From: Candidatus Fermentithermobacillaceae bacterium
GTDB lineage: Bacteria > Bacillota > Sulfobacillia > Fermentithermobacillales > DUSS01
NCBI GenBank assembly: GCA_014896535.1
Contig: JADBKE010000007.1
Coordinates: 68,571 to 132,570 of the forward strand
Direction of reading: 5' to 3'
Length of the DNA stretch: 64,000 bases
Numbering within the stretch: the first letter of the stretch is position 1; each line of letters opens with the position of its first letter. The notes below the pieces were generated by a model. It was not told the origin of the DNA and made no database searches. It was given only the letters and a program-made list of their open reading frames with translations. A program made the position numbers and the translations under genes. Positions 7,292 to 17,213 of the stretch are shown piece by piece.

Positions 7292-10237
7292 TCATACTTC
7301 GTACCACGTTTGCCCGACTCCTATGTCCACCTCGAGGGGAACGGAGAGCTCCCTGACGTTCTCCATCTCTTCCCGAACCATCTTTTCCATGGCATCCCGC
7401 TCGTCCGGGGGGATTTCGAAGATGAGCTCGTCGTGAACCTGGAGGATCATCTTCGACCTGAACCCCTCCTTCCGGAGCCGCCGGAATATCCTCACCATGG
7501 CCAGTTTGATGATGTCGGCAGCGGAACCCTGTATCGGGGTGTTGATGGCAGTCCGCTCCGCAAATCCCCTGACAGCTCTGTTCTTCGCGTTGATGTCGGG
7601 AATCGGCCGCCGGCGTCCGAAGATGGTCGTCACGTACCCGTTCGTCCTTGCCTTTTCGATCGCCTCGTCCATGTATTTTTTGACCATGGGATAACGGCGG
7701 AAGTAGGCATCGATAAAGCGGCGGGCCTCTTCCCTGCTCACGCCGGTCTGCTTCGCCAGGCCGTAATCGGATATCCCGTAGACGACACCGAAGTTTACCG
7801 CCTTGGCTCTGGAGCGGAGCTCGGGCGTCACGTCCTCCAGCGGCACCCCGAAAATCTCCGAAGCGGTTCGCCTGTGGATGTCCTCTTTCCTGCGGAAAGC
7901 GTCGATGAGAGACGGGTCGCCCGATACGTGGGCCAGTACTCTGAGTTCGATCTGCGAGTAATCCGCGGAAAGGAGAAGGTACCCCGGTTCCGCCCGGAAT
8001 ATCTTCCTTATCGTCTTGCCCAGATCGCCCCTGACCGGAATGTTCTGAAGGTTCGGTTCTGAACTGGAAAGCCTTCCGGTTGCGGTGACGGTCTGGTGGA
8101 AAGTCGAGTGAATCCTTCCGTCCTCGCCCACCACCTCGGGGAGGATGTCCAGGTAAGTGGATTTAAGCTTCTGGTACTGCCGGTATTCTAGAATCCTGTC
8201 GGCGATTTCGTGATGCTGCGACAGTTCCTCCAATACCTCTGCATCGGTGGAGTAACCCGTCTTGGTCTTTTTGACCGGTGGGAGCTTCAAATCTTCGAAC
8301 AGGACCTCCTGGAGCTGCTTGGGAGAGCCTATGTTGAACCTCTTTCCCGCCAGGCGGTAGATGGTTTCCTCGACATCCCTCATTCTGCTCTCGAATTCTT
8401 TCGCGAGATCTCTACCGGTCTCGAGATCCACGCATATCCCCGCAACCTCCATCGCCGCCAGGACCTCGATGAGCGGAAATTCGATTTCCACCGCAAGATC
8501 GTAGAGCCCGTCTTCCGATAGCCGCTGCCGCAGCCTGTCTACGAGAAGCGCCGAGGCAACCGCGCCGCAAGCCAGGTGAGCTCTGTGAGAGGAAACCGCA
8601 TCGCGACTATCCCTCTCCGCCTTCGGCCACTCGTAACGGGACGGCGGGACCTCCAGCGAGATTTCGTGGGCGGAGAAGTCTCCGATCTCGTAAGTCGTCC
8701 TGGTGGGATCCAGGAGGTACATGGCAACCTGCGTGTCGAATACTTCGCCCCGAACGTTGAAGCCCCGCTTCATGGCGAGCACATACAGCCACTTTATATC
8801 GTGGCCGACCTTTCGAATCGAAGCATCTTCCAGCAAAGCTCGCAAACCATCGGGAAGCACGGCTTCATCTCCGGCCAGGTACGCCTTTCTTCCGTCTGAA
8901 AGACCCACGAGAGCGGGAACCCCCGTCTCCCGGTCCTCGGGCACGGAATAAACCGACAGCACGCGCGACCGCCGTACCTCGTCGCAAAATCGTTCTAGGT
9001 CTCCGGGGGTTCTCAAGAGATGGATTTCCGGAACTTCTTCCACGAAAAGCGCGGGCCGGAACGGCCTTCTCTCCGCCCCTTGTCGGTCCGGACCCGGCGC
9101 TTCTCCCGGTTCCCCGACCGGACCCGGTGCCTGCCCCTCATCCACTTCCCGGGCTGAACCCGGCTGCGGAGCTCGTCCCGCCTCCAGGCGTACTTCGCCG
9201 GGAGAAACCTCCGCTTCGTGCGGAGCCCCGCTGTCCACGGACGAAGGCAGGAGCTTGAGCCTGGATATGAGCGAATGGAATTCGAGCCGCTTGAACACCT
9301 CGGCCGCTTTCTCCGGGTCCATGCCCGGCCACTCCAAGCGCTCAAGGTCCTGCTCTACGGGGGCGTCTCGCAAGATGGTGGCAAGTTCCCTGGAGAGGAA
9401 GGCGATTTCTCGCCCGTTTCTGAGAAGAGACTGAACCCTCGCCGGGCCGATCTCGTCCAGGTGCTCGAAGACCCCCTCCAGATTCGAATAACGCCTGAGG
9501 AGCTCGACGGCCGTCTTTTCGCCGATGCCTTTCACTCCCGGTATGTTGTCGCTGTGGTCGCCCGCTAGGCCCTTCAGATCGGGTATTTGGGAGGGCCCGA
9601 CTCCCATTTCCTCGCGAACCCGCTCCGGGTCAAACTCCTTCACATCGCTGATGCCCTTGACGGGAACCACTGCGGAAATCGCGGGGGATACTAGTTGCAG
9701 GCAATCCCTGTCGCCGGACAGGATGAGCACGGAGAAACCTTCTTCGACGGCTTTCCGGGACAGCGTCCCGATGATGTCGTCGGCTTCGTACCCTTCTTTC
9801 TCGGCCACGGGTACTCTCAGAGCGTCTAAAACCTCGCGAAGCAGCGGAATCTGGACTTTGAACTCATCGGGCGGGGGCTTGCGAGTAGCCTTATATTCGG
9901 CGAAAGTCTTGTGGCGAAAAGTCGGACCTGGAAGGTCGAACGCTGCGACAACGTGAGTCGGCTTTCTCTCCGCCAGAAACCTGAGAAGCATGTTCACGAA
10001 ACCGTAGACGGCGTTTGTGGGAACACCCGACTGGGTACGGAGAGCCGGAACCGCGTAAAACGCCCTCCTGGCGAGAGAATGGGTATCCACCAGGAGGATA
10101 ACCTTACGCCCCTCGCCGGCACCCGCGCCATCCGCTCCTCGGGGGCTGCCAGCTAACAGGGTCCAGGAAAATTTCCAGTGATAGCTCAAATGGGAGGCCC
10201 CCTTTCCGGCATGACCTCGCCCTTGCGCCGGCTTCAA
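7292..10237 (-). CDS. polA: DNA polymerase I
   Basis: 5'-3' exonuclease N-terminus (LLVDTHSLARRAFYAV), 3'-5' exo and polymerase domains (motif A DYSQIELR, motif C QVHDEL). Start uncertain: the TTG at 10237 is the track choice and the true start is probably ~100 nt further downstream. Confidence 0.9.
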   Translation of the reverse strand: MKPAQGRGHAGKGASHLSYHWKFSWTLLAGSPRGADGAGAGEGRKVILLVDTHSLARRAFYAVPALRTQSGVPTNAVYGFVNMLLRFLAERKPTHVVAAFDLPGPTFRHKTFAEYKATRKPPPDEFKVQIPLLREVLDALRVPVAEKEGYEADDIIGTLSRKAVEEGFSVLILSGDRDCLQLVSPAISAVVPVKGISDVKEFDPERVREEMGVGPSQIPDLKGLAGDHSDNIPGVKGIGEKTAVELLRRYSNLEGVFEHLDEIGPARVQSLLRNGREIAFLSRELATILRDAPVEQDLERLEWPGMDPEKAAEVFKRLEFHSLISRLKLLPSSVDSGAPHEAEVSPGEVRLEAGRAPQPGSAREVDEGQAPGPVGEPGEAPGPDRQGAERRPFRPALFVEEVPEIHLLRTPGDLERFCDEVRRSRVLSVYSVPEDRETGVPALVGLSDGRKAYLAGDEAVLPDGLRALLEDASIRKVGHDIKWLYVLAMKRGFNVRGEVFDTQVAMYLLDPTRTTYEIGDFSAHEISLEVPPSRYEWPKAERDSRDAVSSHRAHLACGAVASALLVDRLRQRLSEDGLYDLAVEIEFPLIEVLAAMEVAGICVDLETGRDLAKEFESRMRDVEETIYRLAGKRFNIGSPKQLQEVLFEDLKLPPVKKTKTGYSTDAEVLEELSQHHEIADRILEYRQYQKLKSTYLDILPEVVGEDGRIHSTFHQTVTATGRLSSSEPNLQNIPVRGDLGKTIRKIFRAEPGYLLLSADYSQIELRVLAHVSGDPSLIDAFRRKEDIHRRTASEIFGVPLEDVTPELRSRAKAVNFGVVYGISDYGLAKQTGVSREEARRFIDAYFRRYPMVKKYMDEAIEKARTNGYVTTIFGRRRPIPDINAKNRAVRGFAERTAINTPIQGSAADIIKLAMVRIFRRLRKEGFRSKMILQVHDELIFEIPPDERDAMEKMVREEMENVRELSVPLEVDIGVGQTWYEV

Positions 10238-10270
10238 CCTGGTACGGCTGGCTCGTCAGGCTACGGCCGG

Positions 10271-11629
10271 CTACGACCGGCGCCGGGACCTCAGCACCGC
10301 CACCGGTACAACCGAGATAAGGGCGAGGACCGTCACCCAGGGAAAGATCTTAGCCCCGAACACAAAGATTCCCTTCCATGAGGTGACGAATGCCTCCCAG
10401 ACCTCTTTCCAAAAATTCGACCACCGTTCGGCTCCGACGGTGGCGCCTTCTTCCACAAAATTCACGGATAGTGCGGAAAGCGCTGACGCGCGTTCAATGT
10501 AGTTGAGCTGCCCCTGAATGGACTCGATCTCGGCGCGAACGCGCCAGAGCTCCGCCTCCACCTGCAAGAGTTCGCCTACGGTCTTTGCCTCTCCCATTAT
10601 CTGAATGAGCCGCGCCTCCTGAGCTTCCTTGGCCCGCACCCTGGCAGAAAGGTCAATGTGCTGTTCGGTGACATCCTGGGCCGACTCGCTCTGGTCGATG
10701 AGCTGCCCTAGAGTCCGGATGTCCTGCATCGTCTTGGTGAGGTTCTCCGCGGGGACCCTTCCGACCACGTATGCGCTGGCATTTCTCTTCGTCGCGGGGT
10801 CGCTCGTCACGAGGGAAGACGACTCCACATACCCCCCGGCCCCCTCGATTATCGCCCTCGCACGGTCCAGCGCGTCTCTTGCGACGCCCCTCGACACCGA
10901 GATGGTCATCCTGGCGTTTCTGATTATCTTACGCTGGATAACCGAGGCTGCCGCCGAGTACACATCTTCGCCTTTCGTCCCGGGCGCAGTAGCCTCGCCC
11001 GACCGGGGGAGGCCGGACTGCGTCACGTCCGTGAATATGGTGCGAAGGTTCTTGGAACTATCCGAGGTTCGACCGCTCTCCGAAGTGGAAGAACCACCGC
11101 CTTCGCCCCCACCACCGGTGCCGGGCGGAAGTTTGCCGGCATCGCCAGCTCCCGGGACAGGGGTAACCTCCTTCCCCAAGCCTTCGGCAACTCGATATCC
11201 CGGCTGTCCGGTCCTTCGGGCCACCAGATCCCGAATAATTCCGAATGAACCCACGAGTATCAGCATGACAAGGGCCCCGGCCAGCGCAGGCATGGCCCAA
11301 GACAACCTGGGATGCCGCACCCACCCGAACCAGCGCACCGGGAAGGTTCGGCCCGGTCCGGCACCACCTGCGGGTATCTCACGACGGTCGGCGGATTGAA
11401 CGCCCGTTCGCGCTCCTCTTATTCGCATCATGATGCCTTCGTGAAGGTCGGGCGGCACATCGGCATCCACGAGCTCGGCGAAAGCCCGGCGTATGTTCGC
11501 CATCTCATCGAGAAGCTTGCGACAGGATTCGCACTCTCTGACGTGCTCTTCGACCGCCGCCCTCTCCACGGGCGACACCTCACCGTCGATGTAGCACGAC
11601 AGGAGCCCGATGATATCGTCGCACCTCAC
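10271..11629 (-). CDS. anti-sigma factor, zinc-finger (zf-HC2) N-terminus with DUF4349-like extracytoplasmic domain
   Basis: HVRECESCRKLL motif, one TM helix, coiled-coil/DUF4349-like C-terminus; 4-nt overlap with the upstream ECF sigma gene. Confidence 0.6.
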   Translation of the reverse strand: MRCDDIIGLLSCYIDGEVSPVERAAVEEHVRECESCRKLLDEMANIRRAFAELVDADVPPDLHEGIMMRIRGARTGVQSADRREIPAGGAGPGRTFPVRWFGWVRHPRLSWAMPALAGALVMLILVGSFGIIRDLVARRTGQPGYRVAEGLGKEVTPVPGAGDAGKLPPGTGGGGEGGGSSTSESGRTSDSSKNLRTIFTDVTQSGLPRSGEATAPGTKGEDVYSAAASVIQRKIIRNARMTISVSRGVARDALDRARAIIEGAGGYVESSSLVTSDPATKRNASAYVVGRVPAENLTKTMQDIRTLGQLIDQSESAQDVTEQHIDLSARVRAKEAQEARLIQIMGEAKTVGELLQVEAELWRVRAEIESIQGQLNYIERASALSALSVNFVEEGATVGAERWSNFWKEVWEAFVTSWKGIFVFGAKIFPWVTVLALISVVPVAVLRSRRRS

Positions 11630-12420
11630 TTGCCTTCCCTCCCTTCACCGGCGTCATGAGGTTTGACGATGCTTCCCGGGATTTGTTCCGAAAACTCTTG
11701 ATTGACCGGGGGGACCGGAGGTGTCGCAGTTTCCCGGCCTGTCCGGCCGCCCGCGGGGGCTTCCGTGGCGGCCACGTACGGTGTTTCGGTTTCCCTCCGA
11801 CCGTTTTTCCGGTTCCCGCCCGGTGCCGCGGTCGTTGACGACCCCGGGCACGGTCTTTCAGAACCGCTCAGAAGCCTTTTCAGAGCCCACCTGGCCCTGG
11901 CAAGCCTCGACTTGACAGTACCCATAGGAACACCGGTGATCTCGGAGATCTCCTCATAGCTCAGCCCTTTTATATGCGCAAGCACGAGCATGGTTCTGTG
12001 CTCGGGGGAAAGATCTCCGAGAGCATCGGCGATCTTTTCCACCAACACTCTGGACTCCACTTCGTCTTCGACGGAAGGGCCTTTTTGCGGGACCTGGAGA
12101 GGCGCATCCCTGTCCAAGTACGGCGCGTCGAGAGAATACGACCAGTTCTTCTGTCGCTCCCTGATGGCGTCCACGCACAGGTTGACGGTTATGCGGTAAA
12201 GCCAGGTCGAAAAAGACGATTCCCCGCGGAAGCTGGGGAGCTTCTCGTATACCCTGACGAAAACTTCCTGAGTAACGTCCCTGGCATCCTCGGGGTCCAG
12301 GAGCGTACGCAGAGCAAGGTTGTACACCTGTCTTTCGTACCTGGCGACGATGGTCTCGAAAGCGCCATCATCACCCCGGCAAGCACGTTTTGCGAGTTCC
12401 AGGTCATCGGGCAGACCCAC
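11626..12420 (-). CDS. ECF sigma factor with C-terminal Pro/Thr-rich extension
   Basis: region 2 (VYNLALRTLLDPEDARDVTQEVFVRVY) and region 4 (SYEEISEITGVPMGTVKSRLARARWALK). Confidence 0.8.
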   Translation of the reverse strand: MGLPDDLELAKRACRGDDGAFETIVARYERQVYNLALRTLLDPEDARDVTQEVFVRVYEKLPSFRGESSFSTWLYRITVNLCVDAIRERQKNWSYSLDAPYLDRDAPLQVPQKGPSVEDEVESRVLVEKIADALGDLSPEHRTMLVLAHIKGLSYEEISEITGVPMGTVKSRLARARWALKRLLSGSERPCPGSSTTAAPGGNRKNGRRETETPYVAATEAPAGGRTGRETATPPVPPVNQEFSEQIPGSIVKPHDAGEGREGK

Positions 12421-12689
12421 GAACGCACTCCCCTCCGGAAACCCTCCACCGGTAGCCGTGTAGCTGACTCTTGCCCCGCTTACGTGTCCCGCCGTCCAGA
12501 CCAGTCGCCTTCCAAGGCCCTGCTCAACCCCGAACCCGCAAAGCCTGCGTCAGTTAGACCTGGTTACGGTGGTCTCGCAAGCCGCAGCAGGTGCGACCGC
12601 CCGCGCCGCAACGCTCAGCGACGGCAGTTCCTCTTTTGCCGGTCAGGTCCGGCCTAGTCTCCGGCCCGCTCCTCACGAACGCGTTACCT

Positions 12690-14564
12690 TTAACGCTTTA
12701 CCTTTATTTCAATGCCCAGCTCGTCGAGTTTCTCCCGGTCGATGGGGGCCGGTGCATCGGTCAGGACACACGTGCCGCTTGAGGTTTTCGGAAAAGCGAT
12801 AACCTCCCGGATGGTTTCGGCGCCGGCCATCATCATAATCAGCCGGTCCATGCCGAAAGCGATCCCCCCGTGCGGCGGGGCTCCGTATTCGAACGCCTCC
12901 AGCAGAAAGCCGAACCTTTTCCTAGCCTCTTCTTCATTCAATCCCAGGACTTTGAATACCTTCTCCTGGACGTCCCTTCTGTGAATACGTATCGACCCCG
13001 AAGCCAGTTCCACTCCGTTCAGCACCACGTCGTAACAGCGGGCGCGTATGGCTCCGCGGTCGGTTCGGGCAAGCTCCTCGAACCGTTCCAGGTCCTCCGG
13101 GACCGGACTGGTGAACGGGTGATGCGCCGCTTCCCATTCCCCGGTCTCTTCGTTGATTTTCAAGAGGGGAAACTCCGTGACCCATAGAAAAGCGAATTTC
13201 TCCCGGGGGATCATCCCGAGCGTGCGGCCGAGATCCAGCCTCATCTTCCCCAGCACCTCACAAGACGGCACGTCTTCTCCGGCCACACACAGGACCAGAT
13301 CGCCGGTGACGGCGCCGGACATCTCCCTCACCCGGTCGAGCTCGCTGTCTGACAGGAATTTCCGGGCTGGCGACCTCACCTCTCCGTCAAGATATGCCAG
13401 GGTGATGAGGCCCTTCGCCCCGTATCCCTTGGCCTTTTCAACCAGAGCATCCACCTGGCTCCGGGACATCCCCGCCTGTCCCGGCGCGACGAGGGCTTTC
13501 ACCCGTCCGCCGCTGGCGAGGACGTCGGCTACCACCTTGAACGCGGTACCTCGAAAAGCTTCGGTGACGTCGCGGATCTCCATGCCGAACCTTATGTCGG
13601 GCTTATCCGTTCCGTAGCGGGCTATAGCTTCCCGGTAGGTCATGCGCGGGAACGGAACGGGAAGGGTCACCCCTAAAACGGTCTCCCACATATATCTCAA
13701 CAGCCCCTCGACCAGCGAGAACACTTCCTCCTCGCCGACGAAGGACATCTCTATGTCTATTTGGGTGAACTCCGGCTGTCTGTCAGCTCGCAGGTCCTCA
13801 TCCCGGAAACACCTGTTGATCTGGAAGTACTTGTCCACCCCGGCCACCATCAGGAGCTGCTTAAACAGCTGGGGCGACTGGGCCAGGGCGAAGAACTTTC
13901 CCGGTGCGGTTCTCACCGGAACCACATAGTCGCGGGCGCCCTCCGGGGTGCTTCTCGTCATCATAGGGGTTTCTATTTCCCAAAAACCGAGGCCGGAAAG
14001 GTAATCTCGCACGGCCTTCACGGCGCGGTGCCGGAGTTCGAGATTTCGCAACATGGGATACCGGCGCAGATCGAGGTATCTATACCTCAGCCTCAGATTT
14101 TCGTCGGCGCTGGCGTTATCCTGGATATAGAAAGGAGGCGTCTTCGCAGTGTTCAGAATGTGAATCCGGAGGGCTTCCACCTCGATTTCGCCTGTGGGAA
14201 GAGCGGGATTGACGTTCTCCGGCAACCTTCTGGTCACCGTTCCCTCTACGGCTACCACGTACTCGGATCTCAGGAGTTCGGCAGCGGAAAACGCTTCGGC
14301 ACTCCTGTCGCGAGAGCTCACCACCTGAACGATTCCGGTCCTGTCGGCCAGATCGATGAATATGAGCTCCCCGAGGTCCCTGCGCCTCCGGACCCAGCCC
14401 ATGAGCACCACGGATCGTCCGGCGTCTTCCAGGCGCAACTCGCCGCAGTAATGGGTCCTCCTCAAGTTACCCAGGTCTTCGAGAGCAAGTCGAACCTCAC
14501 CCCGCGGCTCGCCGCTCTGTTTCGCTTTCCCGCTCCCGGGACCTTGTTCGAGTTTCTCGCCCAT
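12690..14564 (-). CDS. aspS: aspartate--tRNA ligase
   Basis: class II aaRS motifs including FRDEDLRADRQPEFTQIDIEMSF; OB-fold anticodon-binding N-terminus. Confidence 0.9.
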   Translation of the reverse strand: MGEKLEQGPGSGKAKQSGEPRGEVRLALEDLGNLRRTHYCGELRLEDAGRSVVLMGWVRRRRDLGELIFIDLADRTGIVQVVSSRDRSAEAFSAAELLRSEYVVAVEGTVTRRLPENVNPALPTGEIEVEALRIHILNTAKTPPFYIQDNASADENLRLRYRYLDLRRYPMLRNLELRHRAVKAVRDYLSGLGFWEIETPMMTRSTPEGARDYVVPVRTAPGKFFALAQSPQLFKQLLMVAGVDKYFQINRCFRDEDLRADRQPEFTQIDIEMSFVGEEEVFSLVEGLLRYMWETVLGVTLPVPFPRMTYREAIARYGTDKPDIRFGMEIRDVTEAFRGTAFKVVADVLASGGRVKALVAPGQAGMSRSQVDALVEKAKGYGAKGLITLAYLDGEVRSPARKFLSDSELDRVREMSGAVTGDLVLCVAGEDVPSCEVLGKMRLDLGRTLGMIPREKFAFLWVTEFPLLKINEETGEWEAAHHPFTSPVPEDLERFEELARTDRGAIRARCYDVVLNGVELASGSIRIHRRDVQEKVFKVLGLNEEEARKRFGFLLEAFEYGAPPHGGIAFGMDRLIMMMAGAETIREVIAFPKTSSGTCVLTDAPAPIDREKLDELGIEIKVKR

Positions 14565-14685
14565 GTTGATCCCCCTGTTTCACCAGCATCTCTGCGGAAT
14601 ATCTGTAGAGAACGCCTGCACCAGACATCTATACTTGGAGATTACCACAAAGGAGAACCCGGGGAGAACACGAGACGGCAGCCGC

Positions 14686-15966
14686 TCAGCGCCCGCCTGC
14701 CCTCGTCAAAGAAACGATTTCCTTTTCGATTTCGCTCAGCGGGACCTCTCTCTGCCATCCCTCGTCCATCGACCGGACGGTGGCCACTCCCCTCGCCGTC
14801 TCCTCGGGACCGAGGATAATCGCGTGGCGAGCTTCGTAGCGTGACGCCTGCTTCATCTGGGCTTTCAGGCTCCGCCCGAGCTGGTCGAAGTCAGCGCTGA
14901 CCCCCGCTGCCCGCAGCCGGTTGGCGATTTCCAGGGCGCGATACGCGAGAGCGTCATCTACGTAGCATACGAAACAATCTAGCCTGTCCCATCCTTGGGG
15001 CGGGTTTTTTCCTTTTTCCACGGCCATGAGAAGCCTTTCGAGTCCCACGGCAAATCCCACACCAGGAACGGAGGGACCACCCAGCGCCTCGACCAATCCG
15101 TCGTATCGACCCCCACCCAGGATGGCGTCCTGAGCACCCAGGGGCGGCCATTTGACTTCAAACACGGTCCGGGTGTAGTAATCCAACCCTCTGACCAGTG
15201 ACGGGTCTATCCGGTAACTCATCCCCATGCCGGTCAGGATCTTCCCGAGCGTCTCAAAATGCTCTTTGCACCCGGTGCAAAGGTAATCGAGCATAGACGG
15301 AGCTTCGGCCAGGATCGCGCGGCATGTTTCGTTCTTGCAGTCCAGCACACGAAGGGGATTTCTTCCGACCCTCCTCCGGCAGTCGTCGCATAGGTCAGAT
15401 TCCCGGGCTCCGAGATACTCTGTAAGGGCTTTACGGTACCCTTCCCTGCATCCGGGACATCCTATGCTGTTCAGGTGTAGCGTCGTCTCAGTGAGCCCCA
15501 GGGTGTTGCAGATCTCGACGGCAAGGAAAATCACTTCGGCATCGCACAGAGGAGAAGAAGAACCTAGAAGCTCGGCCCCATACTGCACAAACTCTCGATA
15601 TCGCCCTGCCTGGGGCTTTTCGTAACGGAACATCGGTCCTATGTAATAGACCTTGACGGGTTGAGGGCCGGAATAAAGCCGGTTCTCGATATACGCGCGA
15701 CCCACCGGAGCTGTCCCTTCCGGCCTCAACGTGAGGCTTCTACCAGCTCTATCTTTGAAGGTGTACATCTCCTTCTCGACGATATCGGTGGTCTCGCCGA
15801 CGGTGCGGGTGAAAAGCTCGGTGTGCTCGAAGATGGGAGTCCGGATTTCCCGGTAATTGAACCGTTCCGAGACGTCTCGAAGGACCCTCTCCACCCGAAG
15901 CCATTTCCCCGTTTCCGCAGGAAGCCGGTCCTCCGTACCTTTGGGACGCGAGATCATCGCCCTCAC
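14686..15966 (-). CDS. hisS: histidine--tRNA ligase
   Basis: class II HisRS signatures (RPKGTED, YIGPMFRYEKPQAGRYREF, GGGRYDGLV). Confidence 0.9.
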   Translation of the reverse strand: MRAMISRPKGTEDRLPAETGKWLRVERVLRDVSERFNYREIRTPIFEHTELFTRTVGETTDIVEKEMYTFKDRAGRSLTLRPEGTAPVGRAYIENRLYSGPQPVKVYYIGPMFRYEKPQAGRYREFVQYGAELLGSSSPLCDAEVIFLAVEICNTLGLTETTLHLNSIGCPGCREGYRKALTEYLGARESDLCDDCRRRVGRNPLRVLDCKNETCRAILAEAPSMLDYLCTGCKEHFETLGKILTGMGMSYRIDPSLVRGLDYYTRTVFEVKWPPLGAQDAILGGGRYDGLVEALGGPSVPGVGFAVGLERLLMAVEKGKNPPQGWDRLDCFVCYVDDALAYRALEIANRLRAAGVSADFDQLGRSLKAQMKQASRYEARHAIILGPEETARGVATVRSMDEGWQREVPLSEIEKEIVSLTRAGGR

Positions 15967-15993
15967 CTCCGAGCCTTCTCTTCAGGCAGAGCT

Positions 15994-16611
15994 TTAGACA
16001 AAGGGATTATGAACCTTCTCATGTCCGATGGTGGTTGTCTCTCCATGCCCCGGGTAAACCACCGTATCATCGGGAAGCAGGAAGAGTTTCCCCGTAATGC
16101 TATCCCGCAGGTCGGCCACGCTGCCACCCGGAAGGTCGGTCCGTCCGACTCCCTCGAGGAACAGAGTGTCTCCGGAAAACAGCGTGCCTTCACGGTAGAG
16201 GCATATGCTGCCCGGCGTGTGCCCGGGAGTTTCCAGAACCTTAAAGGAAAGCCCCCCTACGTTCACCAAGTCGGATTCGTTGAGGATGCCGTCCGGGCGA
16301 ATTCCCTGTGAGCTTTTGGAGTTCATATACGGCCTCATCCAGCCAGGGTTCTCCAGAAGCTCGGCGTCTCCACTCCCTAGCAAAACCACGGCGCCGGTCT
16401 TCTCCTTGAGTTCCGCGACCGCCCCCGTGTGGTCAAAGTGCGCGTGGGTGAGGACGATCTTCTCCGCTTTGACACCCTGTTTCCTCAGGGCGTCCAGAAT
16501 TACCGCAGCGTCCTCGCCGGGATCGATGACCATGCAAGCCCCGGAGCTTTCGTCCACCACCACATAGCAATTGGTGTCAAGCGGACCTACTGTTAGACAA
16601 AGGATCTTCAT
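15994..16611 (-). CDS. MBL-fold metallo-hydrolase (glyoxalase II-like)
   Basis: THAHFDHTG metal-binding motif; 205 aa. Confidence 0.75.
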   Translation of the reverse strand: MKILCLTVGPLDTNCYVVVDESSGACMVIDPGEDAAVILDALRKQGVKAEKIVLTHAHFDHTGAVAELKEKTGAVVLLGSGDAELLENPGWMRPYMNSKSSQGIRPDGILNESDLVNVGGLSFKVLETPGHTPGSICLYREGTLFSGDTLFLEGVGRTDLPGGSVADLRDSITGKLFLLPDDTVVYPGHGETTTIGHEKVHNPFV

Positions 16612-16707
16612 TTATGCGACCGCTCCCGTATCAGCCATCAATGTTCGTTGCTTTAAATGAGAGTGTAACTCTACGGTCAGCCGGACGGGCAACGACTGTA
16701 CGCCGAC

Positions 16708-17157
16708 CTAGAATTCCTTCTTACTCGAGATGAGAATGGTAACCGGCCCATCGTTGACCAGTTCAACCTGCATGTGAGCACCAAACTCCCCCGTTTTCGT
16801 AGGCACACCGCGACGCCTGAGCTCCTCGACAAAGGCTTCGTAGAGCTCCCTGCCCTTCACCGGCTCCATCGCCATGTCGAACCCGGGCCGTTTCCCCTTC
16901 TTTACGTCACCAAAGAGCGTAAATTGGGACACAACCAGAGCTTCGCCGCCCACGTCCAGTATGGACAGATTCATCTTGCCCTCCGCATCCGGAAAAACCC
17001 TTAGACCGGCGACTTTTTCGGCCATGTACTCTGCATCTTCCCGAGTATCGTCTCGGCCGACTCCCAGAAGTATAAGAGCGCCCGGGCCCGTGGCCGCTAC
17101 TTCCCTGGCGCCCACCGTCACCCGGGCGCGGGAAACCCGCTGGTATACGGCTCTCAC
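16708..17157 (-). CDS. dtd: D-aminoacyl-tRNA deacylase
   Basis: 149 aa with the SQFTL motif and a DTD-fold N-terminus. Confidence 0.85.
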   Translation of the reverse strand: MRAVYQRVSRARVTVGAREVAATGPGALILLGVGRDDTREDAEYMAEKVAGLRVFPDAEGKMNLSILDVGGEALVVSQFTLFGDVKKGKRPGFDMAMEPVKGRELYEAFVEELRRRGVPTKTGEFGAHMQVELVNDGPVTILISSKKEF

Positions 17158-17213
17158 CCGTTCTGCGCTCCTTTCTCCCCCTTGGAACGCGTCCTCTGGG
17201 CCGGCCCAGCTCC